The notes beneath the pieces were generated by a model. That model did no database searches, was not told the origin of the DNA, and saw only the letters and a program-made list of their open reading frames with translations. A stretch of 64,000 bases of DNA, taken from the NCBI GenBank assembly GCA_043228905.1, contig JBHGNT010000117.1, positions 13,830-77,829 on the forward strand, in the 5' to 3' direction. The translations under genes and the position numbers were made by a program. Position 1 is the stretch's first letter. Every line of letters begins with the position of its first letter. Origin of the DNA: Azolla caroliniana. Lineage: Eukaryota; Plantae; Polypodiophyta. This document shows positions 37,323-51,129 of this stretch, piece by piece.

Positions 37323-39848
37323 CTAGTGTGGCATTCCAGTGAAGAACGTGCACTTGGAGAAGTACGCTGATTGTCTGGCCGGTAAGCAAAACCGGACCTC
37401 CTTCTGACCAAGGCCACCGATGAGACGTAATGCACCACTAGAGTTGGTGCATACTGATGTGTGTCAAGTGGACACAAAGTCACATGCAGGATCACAGTAC
37501 TTCGTGACATTTATAGATGACCACAGCCGGAAGTTGTGGGCCACACCGTTGAAGACGAAGGATCAGGTGCTATCTGTCTTCAAAGAACTCCACGCGAGAG
37601 TGGAAAGAGAAATCGGCCGGAAGTTGAAGGCGGTTCGAGCAGATAACGGAGCTGAATACCGGGGGCAGTTCAAGGAGTACTATCGCTCGAAGGGAATCCG
37701 GCTCGAATTTACCGTGCCGAAGACGCCGGAACTAAACGGGTTGGCCAAGATGATGAACCGGACCATAATGGAGAGGGTCCGGAGTATGTTGGCGCATGCA
37801 AAACTACCCAAGAAGTTTTGGACTGAGGAACTGTCGACGGCGACATATGTGATAAACAGATCACCCTCAGTACCCTTGGACGGAGACACGCCACAGAGAG
37901 TCTGGACCGGTAAGGAAGTGTCCTACCGGCATCTGAAAGTATTCGGGTGTCTTGCGTACGTGCATGTTGCTAAGGACCGGAGAGGAAAGTTGGATCCAAA
38001 GACCCGACCATGCATATTCCTCGGTTATGGCGACGATGAGTTCGGCAACCAAGTCTGGGACCTCATGGCCGATCAAGGGTACCACAAGACATAGCACGAT
38101 CACTGCGTGTTTGTGAAGAAGTTCGAAGGAGGCGACTTCCTAATACTCCTTCTGTACGTGGACGACATGTTGATCGTCGGACGGAACCAAGCCAGAATAC
38201 GGATGCTGAAGAAGGCTCTCAACCGAACTTTTGCGATGAAAGACTTGGGTCCGGCAAGACATATGTTGGGGATGCATATCATCCGGGACCACTCAACGAA
38301 GCAATTGTGGCTGTCACAAGAGAAGTATGTGCTTCAGCGGTTCAACATGTCAGATGCGAAACTGGTCGGATCGACACTTCCGGCAAACTACAGATTATCC
38401 GGTAAGCAAAGCCCGAAGATGAAAGCAGAGAAGGCTGATATGATGAAGGTTCCATATGCCTCTGCCATCGGGAGGTTAATGTACGCAATGGTATGTACCT
38501 GACCGGATATAGGATACGCAGTTGGAGTGGTGAGCCGGTTTATGAGCAATCCTGGCAAGGAGCACTGGAACGCAGTCAAATGGATACTCCGGTACTTGAA
38601 GGGCACTTCAAATATGTGTCTCCGATTCAGCTCCGGAAAACCTCAACTTGACGGTTTTATCGATTTGGAAATGTCGGTTGATGTGGATACCAGCCGGTCT
38701 ACATCCGGGTATGTAATGACATACGCAGGGGGAGTTGTTTCATGGCAGTCGAGGCTACAGAAGACGGTTGTGTTGTCAACCACGGAGGCGAAGTACATGG
38801 CGGCTGTGGAAGCCGGCAAGGAAATATTATGGATGAAGGACTTCATCGGAGAGCTCGGTATCCGGCAAGATGAATATCGGCTCTATTGCGACAGTCAAAG
38901 TGCCATCCACCTTTCGAAGAATGCGGCCTACCATTCCCGGACGAAGCATATCTAGCGAAGGTATCACTGGATCCGGGAAAGAGTAGATGACCAGGAGTTC
39001 GCGCTGACGAAGATCCACACGGCCAAGAACGGGTCAGATATGCTGGCCAAAGTACTGATACCCGACAAGCTAGATGCATGCTGGAAGTGGATCGGACTAG
39101 TAAGACATCCCATGCCGGAGTGAAGGTGGAGTTTGTTAGGAAACAGGTCCCTCCGGATGGGAAGTGAGAAGATCAGTACTGATGCGCAAACTCGCCCGAG
39201 GCCGGAACCAGATGATGAGTACCCGGATACGGAAGACCCCGGTGAGAACCAGATGACGAGTACCCGGCAAGAGCCCGATGGTGAAGACCCTGTGAGAACC
39301 GGATGTGGAGTACCCGGCAACGGAAGACCCGGTGAGGACCGGATGACGTGTGCCCGGCAAGCGCCGGATGATGCAGGCCCGGTGAGGAGTGCTCACCGGA
39401 TGAAGGGACATATTCGGAAATATGTTTCTGAGAGTCCATCGGGGCTATATTTGTAAATAGACGAAAAGTCATATTAGTATAAATATGACTTAGGGCAAAC
39501 TTTAGATATATCTGTTGTCATTCTTGTTTGTGCTAGATTTGAGAGCAACAGTGTACAGAGAGAGTGAGAGAGAGGAAGAGGTCGTTGCCTCTGTTGTAAC
39601 CGCCGCCTGTGGCGAAGATAGCAAGCTCGAGGTCATTGCTTCGGTGCTCTACTATTCTAATCATTGTGATATAGTGATAGGTTGTTGTCTGTGGGCTGCC
39701 ATGGTTTTTTCCCTAGTTTGGGTTTTCCACGTTAACATCCTGTGTACTCTTCTCTTCTCTGTGTCGTGCGTCCATTACCCGTTTTCTATGTTGATTCTAG
39801 GCTTGGTTGTGGCCGAGTGTTGTTCATCGGAGCGAGTAGTTCCTGTCA
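37323..39848 (+). mobile_element. Tnt1-like Copia, internally deleted: integrase, RT end, RNase H, 3' LTR 39134-39848
   Basis: LELVHTDV, LLLYVDDML, LSTTEAKY, YCDSQSAIHL; PPT tgaaggtggag; LTR homologous to 54665-55411. Confidence 0.92.
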
Positions 39849-40358
39849 CGGTGTTCATACTACCTCCTTCCGAAGGAGTATCCTTGGGAGCCTCTGCGCT
39901 CTCTCCGTTTAATCCCGAGTGGAACGTGGGGTTGGGGGAGCACGTTCCGCATTGCAGAACTTAGATCGCTCGTTCGGACGGGGGGGGGGGGGGGGGGGGT
40001 TGGTAACAACGACAAGGAAAGCTACCCGGACAACCACACAAGGAGTGTCCTATCGGGCAATTGTGGAAAGCAAGTTCACATTCGCCGTTGTGTACCAGTT
40101 GACCTTAGCCGTTGACGTGGCGTGTGCAGTATCGGTGTTTGCTTCGAGATTTCTTTTCCATTTGGGTGGTTTGCGGTCAATATAAACAAATGAATCTATA
40201 CATTGGAGGGACATTGTTGATCGAAAAACTTTGGTTCTTGTGTTTCCGTTCGTGTGGGTGTAATGCGCGATTAGGGAGACGCACTTGTTCGTAAACACTT
40301 ACAACGAAAAATTAGACAGAGACCACGAGAATAATTTGAACAAGGTTTATGTACTATT

Positions 40359-40813
40359 TAGAAACGACGAATACAAGCACGAGGGCGAAGATCGCACTGT
40401 TGGAGTAGGCGGCAGGCGGCGACGTCTAGAGCTCTTTCCTCGTCATCGAGCTTGAATTGGCGACGTTGTTGACATTCGTCCTCTTGTCATCGAGACATGC
40501 GGTGGCGGTGTTCGTCACCCTCTCGTCGCTCACGCCTACTATCTCGCTCGTGCTCCTCGTCCTATTCAGAGACTCTCTTGTTGTCTGTATAGCGGCGTCC
40601 CTCCTCAAGGAACCCCTCACAACGTCGCTCGCGCCTCTCGACATCGCACTACCCCTCTCGGCGTTGATCGCACCTCTCCTCGTCAATGTCTCCCTCACGA
40701 CGTCGATCGTGTCACTCCTCTTCACAGTCCCGCCCTACGGACAGAGCCTTGGCCGCAGTACACGCGGCGAGCATGATCACGGCCATGAGGAATACAGAAG
40801 TAAGCTTTGCCAT
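40359..40813 (-). pseudogene. 2S albumin-like copy 4 (nonsense codon, central deletion)
   Basis: ATG at 40813, early TGA, CC domain deleted at about 40565; flanks 39849-40358 and 40814-41092 match the array unit. Confidence 0.85.
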
Positions 40814-41092
40814 TGTGATTATCCTTATGATCTGAGTGCTTGTCTCCTAATGCATTGTACTGACATTGCTCCCTCCACCTTTTTATATACACATGGCCAT
40901 CCAATCACAACACATGCATGTCACTCACCACTCCCATTACCATAATGTGTGTGTCCTGCGTACAACTCTTGCACAAGACCCATGCCAACTAGTCCACCCT
41001 GCCACACGCCTAGGCTACTCCTAGGTGTCATATATTCCTTAGAAAATTTGGGCGCAACTTGTAACGTGTTCTCCTCCTCCTTGCGTGAGAAC

Positions 41093-43716
41093 ATTAGACA
41101 TTTAAGAAGAGCAACCTACTTGGTTGGCTCAACTGATTGATGCATTCATTCTCGAGGTCTCGAGTTCAAATATGACCAAGACCATACAACATCGTTGATT
41201 TATATGACTATAACATATGTTTAGACTTGAGGTCTATGTGCACTTCGGGGTCCTCGTAATACAACTTAAACAGCCGAAACCACATATGTGGGCACAGAAA
41301 CATAGTTTATTGTTAACCTTTTTTTCGTGTATAAACTACTCATGACGCGAACATACATGGTGGAGCCTCGGGGAGCCACCATGAAAAAATAGATATAGAG
41401 ATTAGGGAAAGACATTTATTTGTCACCCCCATGGTTTTTAAAACACCTTTGTGTTACCATAGTAACCTGATCTTGAACCTTATCTCATACGTCTAGAGGG
41501 GTATTTACGTGAGATCATGATAGCGATTAATGTTTGCCCATGATATGTTTACATCACGACATGATGTTATGACTATTTGTCTGACCTTCTTCTATTTCTT
41601 TGCCAAAAATAACCATTCAATGGCTCAAAATAATGACCCGATGTCATCCGCTCAAGCAGAAGGAACTCAAGGAAATCCTCCTGGACAAATGTCCATTGAG
41701 ATGTATTTTTCGCAAATAACCCAATACCTTAGTTTCACCGCTTAACAGATGACCGAACTTAGGCAATCTCAAAGTGCTCTCCAGGCACGTGTCATTAGTT
41801 TACAACGTGAGACTAATAGAGCTGATGAGATTGCATATGTCGGCCGAGAACTAGGGTGTAAGGCCGCCGCCTGGTGGCATGGGCTTCGTACTTTGGGGAA
41901 ATTGCCCAATACCTGGACAGATTTTGTCACAGTTCTTAGGGACCAATTTCTACAACCTCCCTCTCGAACTGAGCCAGCTCCAGCTTTAATGAACCTCTCT
42001 AGCAGGAAGTTTTCCTCGCTAGAAGACTATGTTCACCATGCTAGAACACAAATCCAAAAGTCGGGTCTAGAAGGGGACAATTGGTTAATAGCATTTTCTG
42101 TCAATGGAATCCCCAATTTAGATTATCACTGGATAGTGCACGATAAGGATCCAAAAATCCGTCGAGGAGGCCGTAGAAATAGTTCTTCGCTATCAACACA
42201 CTTCGAAGAAGGACCACAACAAACCCAACGAAGTGCCCAGGACTAAGCAGTCGCAATTCGCTGGGAAACGCAAGATACCCAACGAATTCATGAATCGTGA
42301 TTGTAAGCGATAACATCTTTTTTGCGTACAAATTTTGTTTCATTAAGGAAACTCACACAACTTTGTGAATGATCGTTTGGTTAAGATATGGGGAATCCAA
42401 CCCACTGTAAGTGATCACACCTATACGGTGCATGTGGCTGATGGAAGAGTACAATACATCAACGGGGCGATTCATTCATTAGGAATTTCTATTGATACCA
42501 ATATAGAGGAAGTAGACGTCCATGTAATGAATCTTTGTACCATTCATGCAATACTGGGTTATCCCTGGTTTTATAATAGAAACTCTTCTTTATCTATTGA
42601 TTGGGTTCATCATCCAATAACATTTGTACTGAACGATTGTACTCATTTTATTCAATGTTTAAAAAAACAGTCCCTCTCGATTGTATCCTCTCTATCAATA
42701 TCTGAGTTGTCTTGTTCTACTCTTTTTTATTGTGTACTTGATACGGACATTCATGTTTAAAATATCGATAATGTCTCGGTCCAATTAACATATTTTGAAC
42801 AACAACAACTTGATGAAATCTTAAATGATTTTCGTGATGTTTTTCCGAGTGAACTACCAGATGCGTTACCTCCTAAACGTAATATAGACCATCGTATAGA
42901 TAATATAGAACAATAAGTATACCTCCTTATCGCTTAAGTCGATCCGAAGAGGATGAGGTATCTAAGCAACTCAAGGACTATTTACGAATGGGTTATATAC
43001 GTTATAGTAGATCTCCATGGGGTGCACCAGTTCTCTTAGTTAAAAAGAAAGAGGGCACATGGCATATGTGTATTAATTACCGACGCTTAAATAAAGTGAC
43101 GATCAAGAATTCGTATCCATTTCCCTGGGCTGACAATCTAATTTTTGTGACCAACAAGACCTAAAAGGTCGTAAGGAAAGTATCATCAAATATTTATGAT
43201 CACCTTCGAGGAAAGTATCCTGATGACAGTTATTTTGCAAAATACTAGGCAAGAATGGTGTCTGGAACAGACACCACCACATCCTCAAACGAATACTTCC
43301 ACATTGCAAACGGTCTGCTCTACCGTAATGGGAAGGTTTGTGTTCTAGATTTCCCTGAGATAAAAAAGAGAATTCTTTTTTAATGCCATGATGCACCCTC
43401 AGCAGGGCACCTTGGAATACATCGTACACTCATTCTCATCTCCACTCAATTCTATTGGCCCAAGATGCGTCCTGACATACATAATTATGTGACTAAATGT
43501 TACCATTGTCAGGTTAAAAAAGCCGAGCGACTTAAAGCCGTTGGACTTTTACATCCTTTGGACATTCCCAATAATAAGTGGGAAAGTATATCCTTGGATT
43601 TTATTGTTAGTCTTCCTCGCACCCAAAAAGGCCATGATGCCATCTGGGTTGTGGTTGATAGACTAACTAGAATGGCCAGATTTATTGCTACTAAAACCAC
43701 GGTAACAGCTCCTGAA
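41093..43716 (+). mobile_element. Gypsy G1 copy e: leader, gag, protease, RT and integrase remnants with multiple deletions
   Basis: MAQNNDPMSS gag, [31 protein letters not shown]. Confidence 0.88.
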
Positions 43717-46390
43717 TGTTAATCCTTAGGGCCGGACAATGGCCTAACACAGGGTGTCTACGGAAGACACTTCACCAAAGGGGTGTTACGGCGAGATAAC
43801 TTAAGACACAACGATTAAGCCGACTTAATTGCCCACTTAAGCAATACGACATTCACTTAATACACGCGTAAGATATAACAATTAATTCAAAACGGTAATC
43901 AATACGTAAAGATAAAACAAGAAGCTTATATTAATTCTCCATTAAAGTTTTACATTGTAACCGGGCCTTTATATAGGTCACCGGTGCTGCGTACAAAACG
44001 GTGCCAACCGGCACCTATTCGGAACCGGTCTGGATCCGGATCGGCATACCGATTCCTTTCCGTCCGTTCACTACGTAATTATAATTTATTCTACTTAATT
44101 AAAATAGATTCCGAATAACAATCCCGTTCACATTCTGGTCTTTAACTCCTTTGCCGACCGGGTAACATATGGCACGCCCATGGGATAGTACCTTGTACGT
44201 CGAATCCCACTATCCATCCCTTAGCCGTCGTCCAAGATATCTAGAATACTCTGCCCCAGGGTGTCCAATGGTTCTTCGGAACTTTGTTGTTGTTGTTGTG
44301 GCTGTGGTTGTTGTTGCTGTTGTGGCTGTTGCAGCTGCTGTGTCTGTTCGGCTCATGGTACCGACGGTTGTGGTGGTGATTCCTCCGTTAGCTGCGCCGC
44401 CGGATTTGACTCCAGTTGACTCGCCCCGGCCTTGTCTCCGTCCGGTCCTTGCTCCGGTGATGGCTCCTCATCGCCGAGGTTGACGGTCGCCGCCTGCTTT
44501 GCTTCTTCTCTCTGTAGCTTGGTCCGCTTCATAGCGTTCAAACTGGATTTGAGCATCCAATCGATCATCGTCCAGCTGTGCTACCAGTTGTCAGACCACT
44601 GTTGACTGTTCCTCCGCCAGAGTTACAAAATCTTCTACTAACTCATCTCTTACGGCGGTGAAGTCCTCTTTTGTTAGCATGTAGTAGTCATCACCATCCT
44701 TCTGTGGGTTTTCCGCGACCGCCCTTAGCTACTGGAGCTCGGCTATATGCTTTGCCCATTTGTCCCACCATTGCGCGGAGCTTTCGTCAATCAAGCGTTT
44801 GGTCTTGTTCCTCCATGCCTGGACAATGAACTGGATCCGTTCCAATCCCATCTTCGATTTGTCCTCCGTGGTTTGTCGTTCGTCCTTCAATTGCTTGATC
44901 AATGCCACCGTATCCACCTCCTGCTCCCGGTAATGTGACAATTGGTTTTGATAGGTGTTCTGCAACATCTGCAATACCATTTTCACTCTTTCCTTCTCTT
45001 CATAATGCTGCTTAGGGAGCTCCATACGTTCTTGCACGGCTTCCTCCAGCAGCGTGGTTCTTTCAGCCCGTTCCTCCGCTAGCACCGTCTCAGCTCGATG
45101 CACCTCCTACTGGAGGTCTGCCATCTTCTCCTGTTGTTTCTTATGCTCTGTATTCAGGTGCTTGTAGTCCCAGTGCAGGTGCTCAAAATCATCGGTCTTC
45201 TGCTTTAGCTTTTGGTTGAGTTGCTGGCGAGCGCGGTCTTCCCGATCCTTCTGTTGACAGAGTTCTTCTTTAAGTCTTTCGATCTCTATTTCCGCCATCC
45301 ATCGCAGCGCCTTCTCTTTCTCCTCCTTCAACCGGTCATATGCCTCATGTCCTTTCCGCAGATTCTCTTCTGCCCGATGGAGGTTCTCAGCAGTCTTTCT
45401 TTGCTCTTCTTCTGCCGCTTTCTTCAAGTCCCGCTCTCGGGTGCGTAATGCTTCGTGTGCGGCCAGTTCATCTCTCAATTTAGCAAGCTCTTTTGCTTGC
45501 GTCGTCGCTATCTCCGAGACTGGTTCCGTCTCTGGGGTCTTATTGCTATGTACAGGTGCCGGTGTTTCTTTATTCTGTACATCTACCGGTGTCACCGGTG
45601 CTTGGATCGGTGGTCCGGTTAAGGCCATTTTGGCCAATTCTTTTGTGGCCAGGTCCAAGTCTTGTTCTAAGTTCCGGATCCTTGACCGGGCTGTGACGAG
45701 CAACCGGTCCATCTGCGCTTTCTCTTCCGCCTCTATGTAGTGTACCACTCCGGCAATCTGTTCTCCAATCCACCAGAGCCATTGGCTGTCGGTGCCCTGT
45801 TGTTGCGTCTACCCGGAGGGTTGGCTGTTGGTGTCGCTGGCCAGTGGTCGGTTTTGTCTGGTTGTAACTCTGGCTCTTGTTGGGGACCACTTTGCCGTTC
45901 TAGTTCTGGTTCTGGTTGCGGCTCCGTTGGCCGCTCCGCCTCTGAATGCTCTTGGCTTGTCGGTGGGGTAGGCAACTGTACTTCCAGCGCTTGCATTTCG
46001 AGTCTTGTCATATCCTAACCCGCAGATAGAGGTTGTGCCACGGTGTTGTCTCGTAGTGCTTTGGCTTCCACCCATTTTGTGCAATAATCCATAGTTACTA
46101 TTACGTATCGGTTGCCGGTTCTCATTGCTAGTGGTTTGAATGGACTAACAAAATCCAGCCCCCATTTCTGAAATGGTTCTAACAGTAGCACGGGCTGGTG
46201 AGGCATTCTGGCTTGTTGGGTTGGTTGGCCCATTCGCTGACATAGGTCGCATTCTTTAGCGTACCAGACTACATCCTTCAATGTTTTCGGCCACCATAGT
46301 CCACTCTGCCATATTTTCCTTGCCGTAGCGTCTCCAGCATAATGTCCTCCAGCCACTCCGCAGTGTGTTTCGCGCAATATTATTTCCTTT
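43717..46390 (-). mobile_element. Athila/Tat-like Gypsy 3' part: integrase fragment, extra coiled-coil ORF, LTR about 43717-44120
   Basis: [18 protein letters not shown]...[14 protein letters not shown]; E/K/Q-rich reading frame about 44130-46011 with stops; TG...CA segment with minus-strand TATA at about 43970. Confidence 0.75.
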
Positions 46391-46542
46391 TCGTTCCTGC
46401 AACACTGTTCTGAGGGTCTTGAGTATCGAGTGTTTTCGATCCATGGGGAGCGACGTCCTTGTTCACCTTCCTCTCTTTCGGCGGGGATTCGTTCGATGTT
46501 CCTGCAACACTGTTCTGAGGGTCTTGAGTATTGATTGTTTTC
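46391..46542 (-). pseudogene. Short duplicated albumin central fragments
   Basis: cgttcctgcaacactgttctgagggtcttgagtat occurs twice and matches 34410-34500. Confidence 0.85.
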
Positions 46543-46559
46543 CTTAGAAACTATATTTT

Positions 46560-46944
46560 TATCATTATACTTTTACATGTAAATTCTCATACATGAGAGC
46601 TTAGATGATGACATGGCAAGCATGCATTATGTGTATGTCTTGCACCCTCACATGCACCATATGCATGGGGGCATCTATAAAAGAGTGGAGGAATCAAGCA
46701 AATGAAACTAATGAAAAATTTGGGAAAAATAAGAAACTTGTAATCCTATTGTTGATGTATCTTCTCTCTTAAATCTAAAAGTTAAAAGTTCAACCTTTAT
46801 CTGAATATCTCTCTTTCATCATATCAATCTCTCTCAATCTATCTTAAATACTTTCTCTCTAAAGTTAGTGCAAACTTCAATTCCTTCCGATCCAGGACCC
46901 CGGTGGTTCTGCCTCACGATCCACACATAGTGACGGATCTTCAC
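46560..46944 (+). mobile_element. LTR-like remnant
   Basis: ctataaaag TATA, CT-rich tract, ends ...cttcaCA against the LINE 3' end. Confidence 0.35.
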
Positions 46945-49900
46945 AACAGCGGAAACAACCAACGAGGTGGAACATAATTCCACTTAACATCATCACCTGC
47001 ATCCAACATAATAGGAATAGATGCCTAGTCTCTACGAATTCTCCTTCTTTTCGGTTAGCTTTATTTCCATAACCCTTACAACTATTATACTCACCTTTTA
47101 TTGTATGTATCAATAATTCCCAAAAGGTCTTAACCTGATCCACAACATGAATTTGTTCATCTTTATATAGTTTGGAACAACTCGCTTTCCACGAAACCCA
47201 TAGGGCCAAAGAGGAAACAATCTACCAAATATAACACCGCGAGAAGAACTTGATTCCCGATACGAAGGTTGAAATAGAATACACCTGAAAACTTTTTACA
47301 TGTAAAGTCAATGAAGAATTATGATAATGATAAAAAGCCTTTTGTTGACCCAACGTTCCCCAAAATACTGCACCCCACTTGAAAATGGTTGACCTATACT
47401 TACGACCTAATAACCTAGGAATTCGAAATCAAAAACTTTTGGCCGCAACACACTCCCAAAAAACATGATGCAATGTCTCAATTGCAAACCCACACATAAC
47501 ACATGATCTATCAGGCATTGTTCCCCTCAATAAACCTCGTACTGGCAAGGCATAATGAATAATTTACCATCAAAAATGTAATACCTTATTCATACACCTG
47601 AGTGACCAAAATTGTTTCCAAAACATCAACATATGCGAGGATGACACATTACCTTCCTCCTAATAGTTTTTCCCCGCAAGTACCGATTCAATCTGCTTCG
47701 AAAGAAAATTCCTTCCAAACGCCACAAAATATGTGAAGAATGGGAGGACCTCGTTTGCGAAGTGTCGGATCTGGACAACTTCCAACCATAATCAGACGGA
47801 TCCCAATGCAAATCAGCAATTGGCCTAGATTGTGAAACCCAAATATGAGATGAATATTTAGCAATTAAAGGATTAGGATCTATAAAGATCTTTTTATCTA
47901 ATCGAGCAATTACTCACACTGGTAACTTATTTGTAGAAGACATAATTGGAGCCTCCTCCTCCACTAAAAACAGCCTACCATTATCCAAAACTTCATAAAA
48001 ATAAAGGTTGCCATTTTGACGGTATAAATGAGCTCCTATAAGTATGATAAGAGTCAAAAACATACCATACCAATTCTGAAAATGATCAAACTGCATAGTT
48101 GGCATTGTTATCTGAAATACCGTCGACACTTGAGAGAACATAATATTTGCCCCTCTGAAATTAGACAACGTATTCCTCTGGTCCTGTGTTGTTGTCTCCG
48201 AAAACTTTAGCCACTCCTCAACCATATGGGCAGGGCCACTATCCAATGCCACCCAAGATAACCTAGGCCGTAAACCCAAAACACATGCAGCTTCATCAGT
48301 AAATAAAGGATTCCATAACAATGGTTGACGCATGAATTGAGAATAAGTTTTTGGTGGCAAGAAAACAAGTGCTTGACGAATACTTTCCCATGCATGACTA
48401 ATTCCATTAAAGAAACGTAAAGACCCAACATTCAACTTAGTTAAAGGAAAATCCGAATTAAAGAACCATCTAAGACTATCCCTCCATTGACCACCTACCA
48501 ATGGCTTAAACTTATGTAAATGCAGAATCCATAACTTTTTCCATAACTCCTCTCTAGGAAATAAACTCCTAACAACATGTTTAGCCAGTAATACCTTACT
48601 TTGCATTAAGGGATCAATCAAAGCTAAACCTCCTTTCTGTTTAGAATGTATAAGAACCAACCAAGCGACCTTTGCTACAGGAGTGTGTGAACTAGCATTA
48701 CCCCAAATAAAATTTCTTACTAGACGTTGAACCTTAAGCATTACTAACCTAGAAAACAACCATGTAGATGCAATATACCAAATCGAGGACAAAAGCACCG
48801 AATTTGCAACAACTACATGTCCTACTAAGGACAACTTTTCCTTATTCCAGTATATTAACTTATTTCTTAATCTTAACAACAAGGGCGTTATCATATCTTC
48901 TGCATTTAATCCCAAACCCATTCTACATCCTAGATACCTAATAGAATGACATGTATGTATCCATGTAAATCCTGGACTAAATACATTAATTGGCGGATCT
49001 CCCTTAGCCACCCAAAAACCTGATGATTTATCCCAATTAATCAATGCACCTGATCCATGTGAGAAGTCATCCACAGCTTTTTGAACCTGCAACAAATTAA
49101 CTTGTGAGGCTTGAACATAGAGAGTTGTATCATTAGCAAACTCACTATCCACGCCAACATCTGCAAATGATAGTGCTAAACCTTTGATATTTACATTATG
49201 AGAATTTAAATGTATAGAAAACGCTTCAGAAATTAGTAGAAACAGAAAAGGAGCAAGTGGACATCCTTGTCTTACATATCTTGAAATGGAGAAACGCCTA
49301 CCAACATCCCCTACAAATAGAAGAGAGTTGTGTGCATTACAATATAATGTTGAAACTCCTCGGATCCATCTGTTTGGAAAGCCCATCCTGAGCAAAGTAC
49401 CCTCCATAAAATCCCAATCCACTCATTCATAAGCTTTCTCAAAATCAAGAAATAACACTGCCAAATCTTGCTTATGTACTTCGGCAAAGGCAACCATTTC
49501 CCAAAAAAGAATAATATTATAAAAAATACTCCGTTCTTGCATAAAACCAATTTGGGAAACATGAATTAAGTCAGAAAGATAAGGTTGTAGACGTCTAGCT
49601 ATTGTTTTTGCTAATATCTTATAGATAACATTGAACAAAGTAATTGGTCTCCAATTTTGAAGCTCCTCTAACTGACCACTTGATTTGGGAATCATATATA
49701 TTAACCCCTCATTCTAATCTTGTGGCATATTTCCAGAATGTAAAATCTGTTGATAAGCTTTGGTCAGTCCCTCACCTATCAGATCCCAATACTTTATATA
49801 CCATTGAGCCCCCAACCCATCCAATCTAGGACAAACATCCTTTGTTAGGGTCTTTGCCGCTTTCAGAGTCTCTTGATGGCTTAATGGTTTCAAAAGACAT

Positions 49901-50830
49901 TCTGAAAGTTGTATAGATACTCTACTTTGAATCCTTGACCATACAATATCCCATTTAAACAAATCATCTCTAGAAGGATCTAGCCTTTAGCAAATTTTCA
50001 TAATAATTCGAGGCTATTTGACGCATATGACTAGGATCAGTGGTATAAGAGACATCATGACATTTTAAACAAGAAATCGTAGTCGGCTTATGATGATTAT
50101 GCATTGCAAAGAACGGTTTATTGACTTTATCCCCCGACTCTCCCCATTTAGAAAGTATATTATGATAAGTAATATCAGTTGAAAGCTTTTGTAATTCCAA
50201 AATCTGATTCCCTACTTGTATCACTCTCTCTCTTGCAGATGCTGCAAGGACCGCAATCCCCTACGAAGTCTTCCTATTTTAGTAAAAGATGCACGAAATA
50301 CTTGTTTAGCCTTCTAGTGAAAGAATTGTTGTATTTCAATAATAGCCTTCTGAACACTAGATAAAGCAAAATCATAAGAATAATCATACTTATTCCATAG
50401 ATTGTACAGATTAGGAGCCCACTCTTGGTTAAGAACCACATGATTCGGAATTCTAAATCTCGAAGTTTTAGACTGGTCATGCAAGATTATAGCTAAACGA
50501 AGTGATGCATGATTCGAAAAGGAGAATGAAGGAAAGATTCCAATGAAACCTCCTTTGTCCCATAAAAACTTATCAGCATAGAATCTATCTAGCCTAGACA
50601 AATTGGTATTTGACTCTCTTCTATCTGATCTTGAATAAGCTAAAGAATCTTGCATCTTTATAATAGAAGACACTTGCCACAAGTCCATTAATCCCAAGGA
50701 AAAAATCAAATGTTCCCATTCATATAATTCTGAACCAGATATTGTATGCGGTATGCCTCCTAACCTATCACTCACATCCTCCAACATATTAAAATCAACC
50801 GCAATCGCCCAATTGGTATTATTAGAGAAT
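46945..50830 (-). mobile_element. L1-like LINE ORF2 pseudogene (second half of endonuclease, RT, zinc finger)
   Basis: WAIAVDFN, SRLDRFY, WRPITLFNVIYKILAK, LDFEKAY, RQGCPLAPFLF, FANDTTL. Confidence 0.93.
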
Positions 50831-51129
50831 GAAGAGCGCAGTGACAACTGTCGAACAGGTCGCGGATGGAACAAGCAACGCTGCCACTGCGAGAGGATCG
50901 AACATCAGGTCAGTTACAGAACAACTACATACACCATCCATGGCTGGCCTATACACGCGAGCAGGGGATTCCGGTGCACCCCCCCAAAAGTCGGCTCATC
51001 TGAGTGATGAGTGAGTCGACCTTCTGTTGTAAGAGGAGGATAAATACACCCTACTAGGAGAAGTTCATAGGTTGGAGACGGTCTCCTTGGTAGTGCAAGT
51101 CGAAGGTTCGTGGCCAAATAGATCGGAAC

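Noticed and set aside
39980-39998. G homopolymer as a regulatory G-quadruplex
   Set aside because: Other array units have only 4-6 G here; slippage or sequencing artefact
44161-44190. aaca-ta-TGGCACGCCC as a plus-strand LTR end and PBS (also at about 62505)
   Set aside because: TATA, integrase and ORF polarity point to minus-strand elements, making this the 3' internal region; not fully excluded
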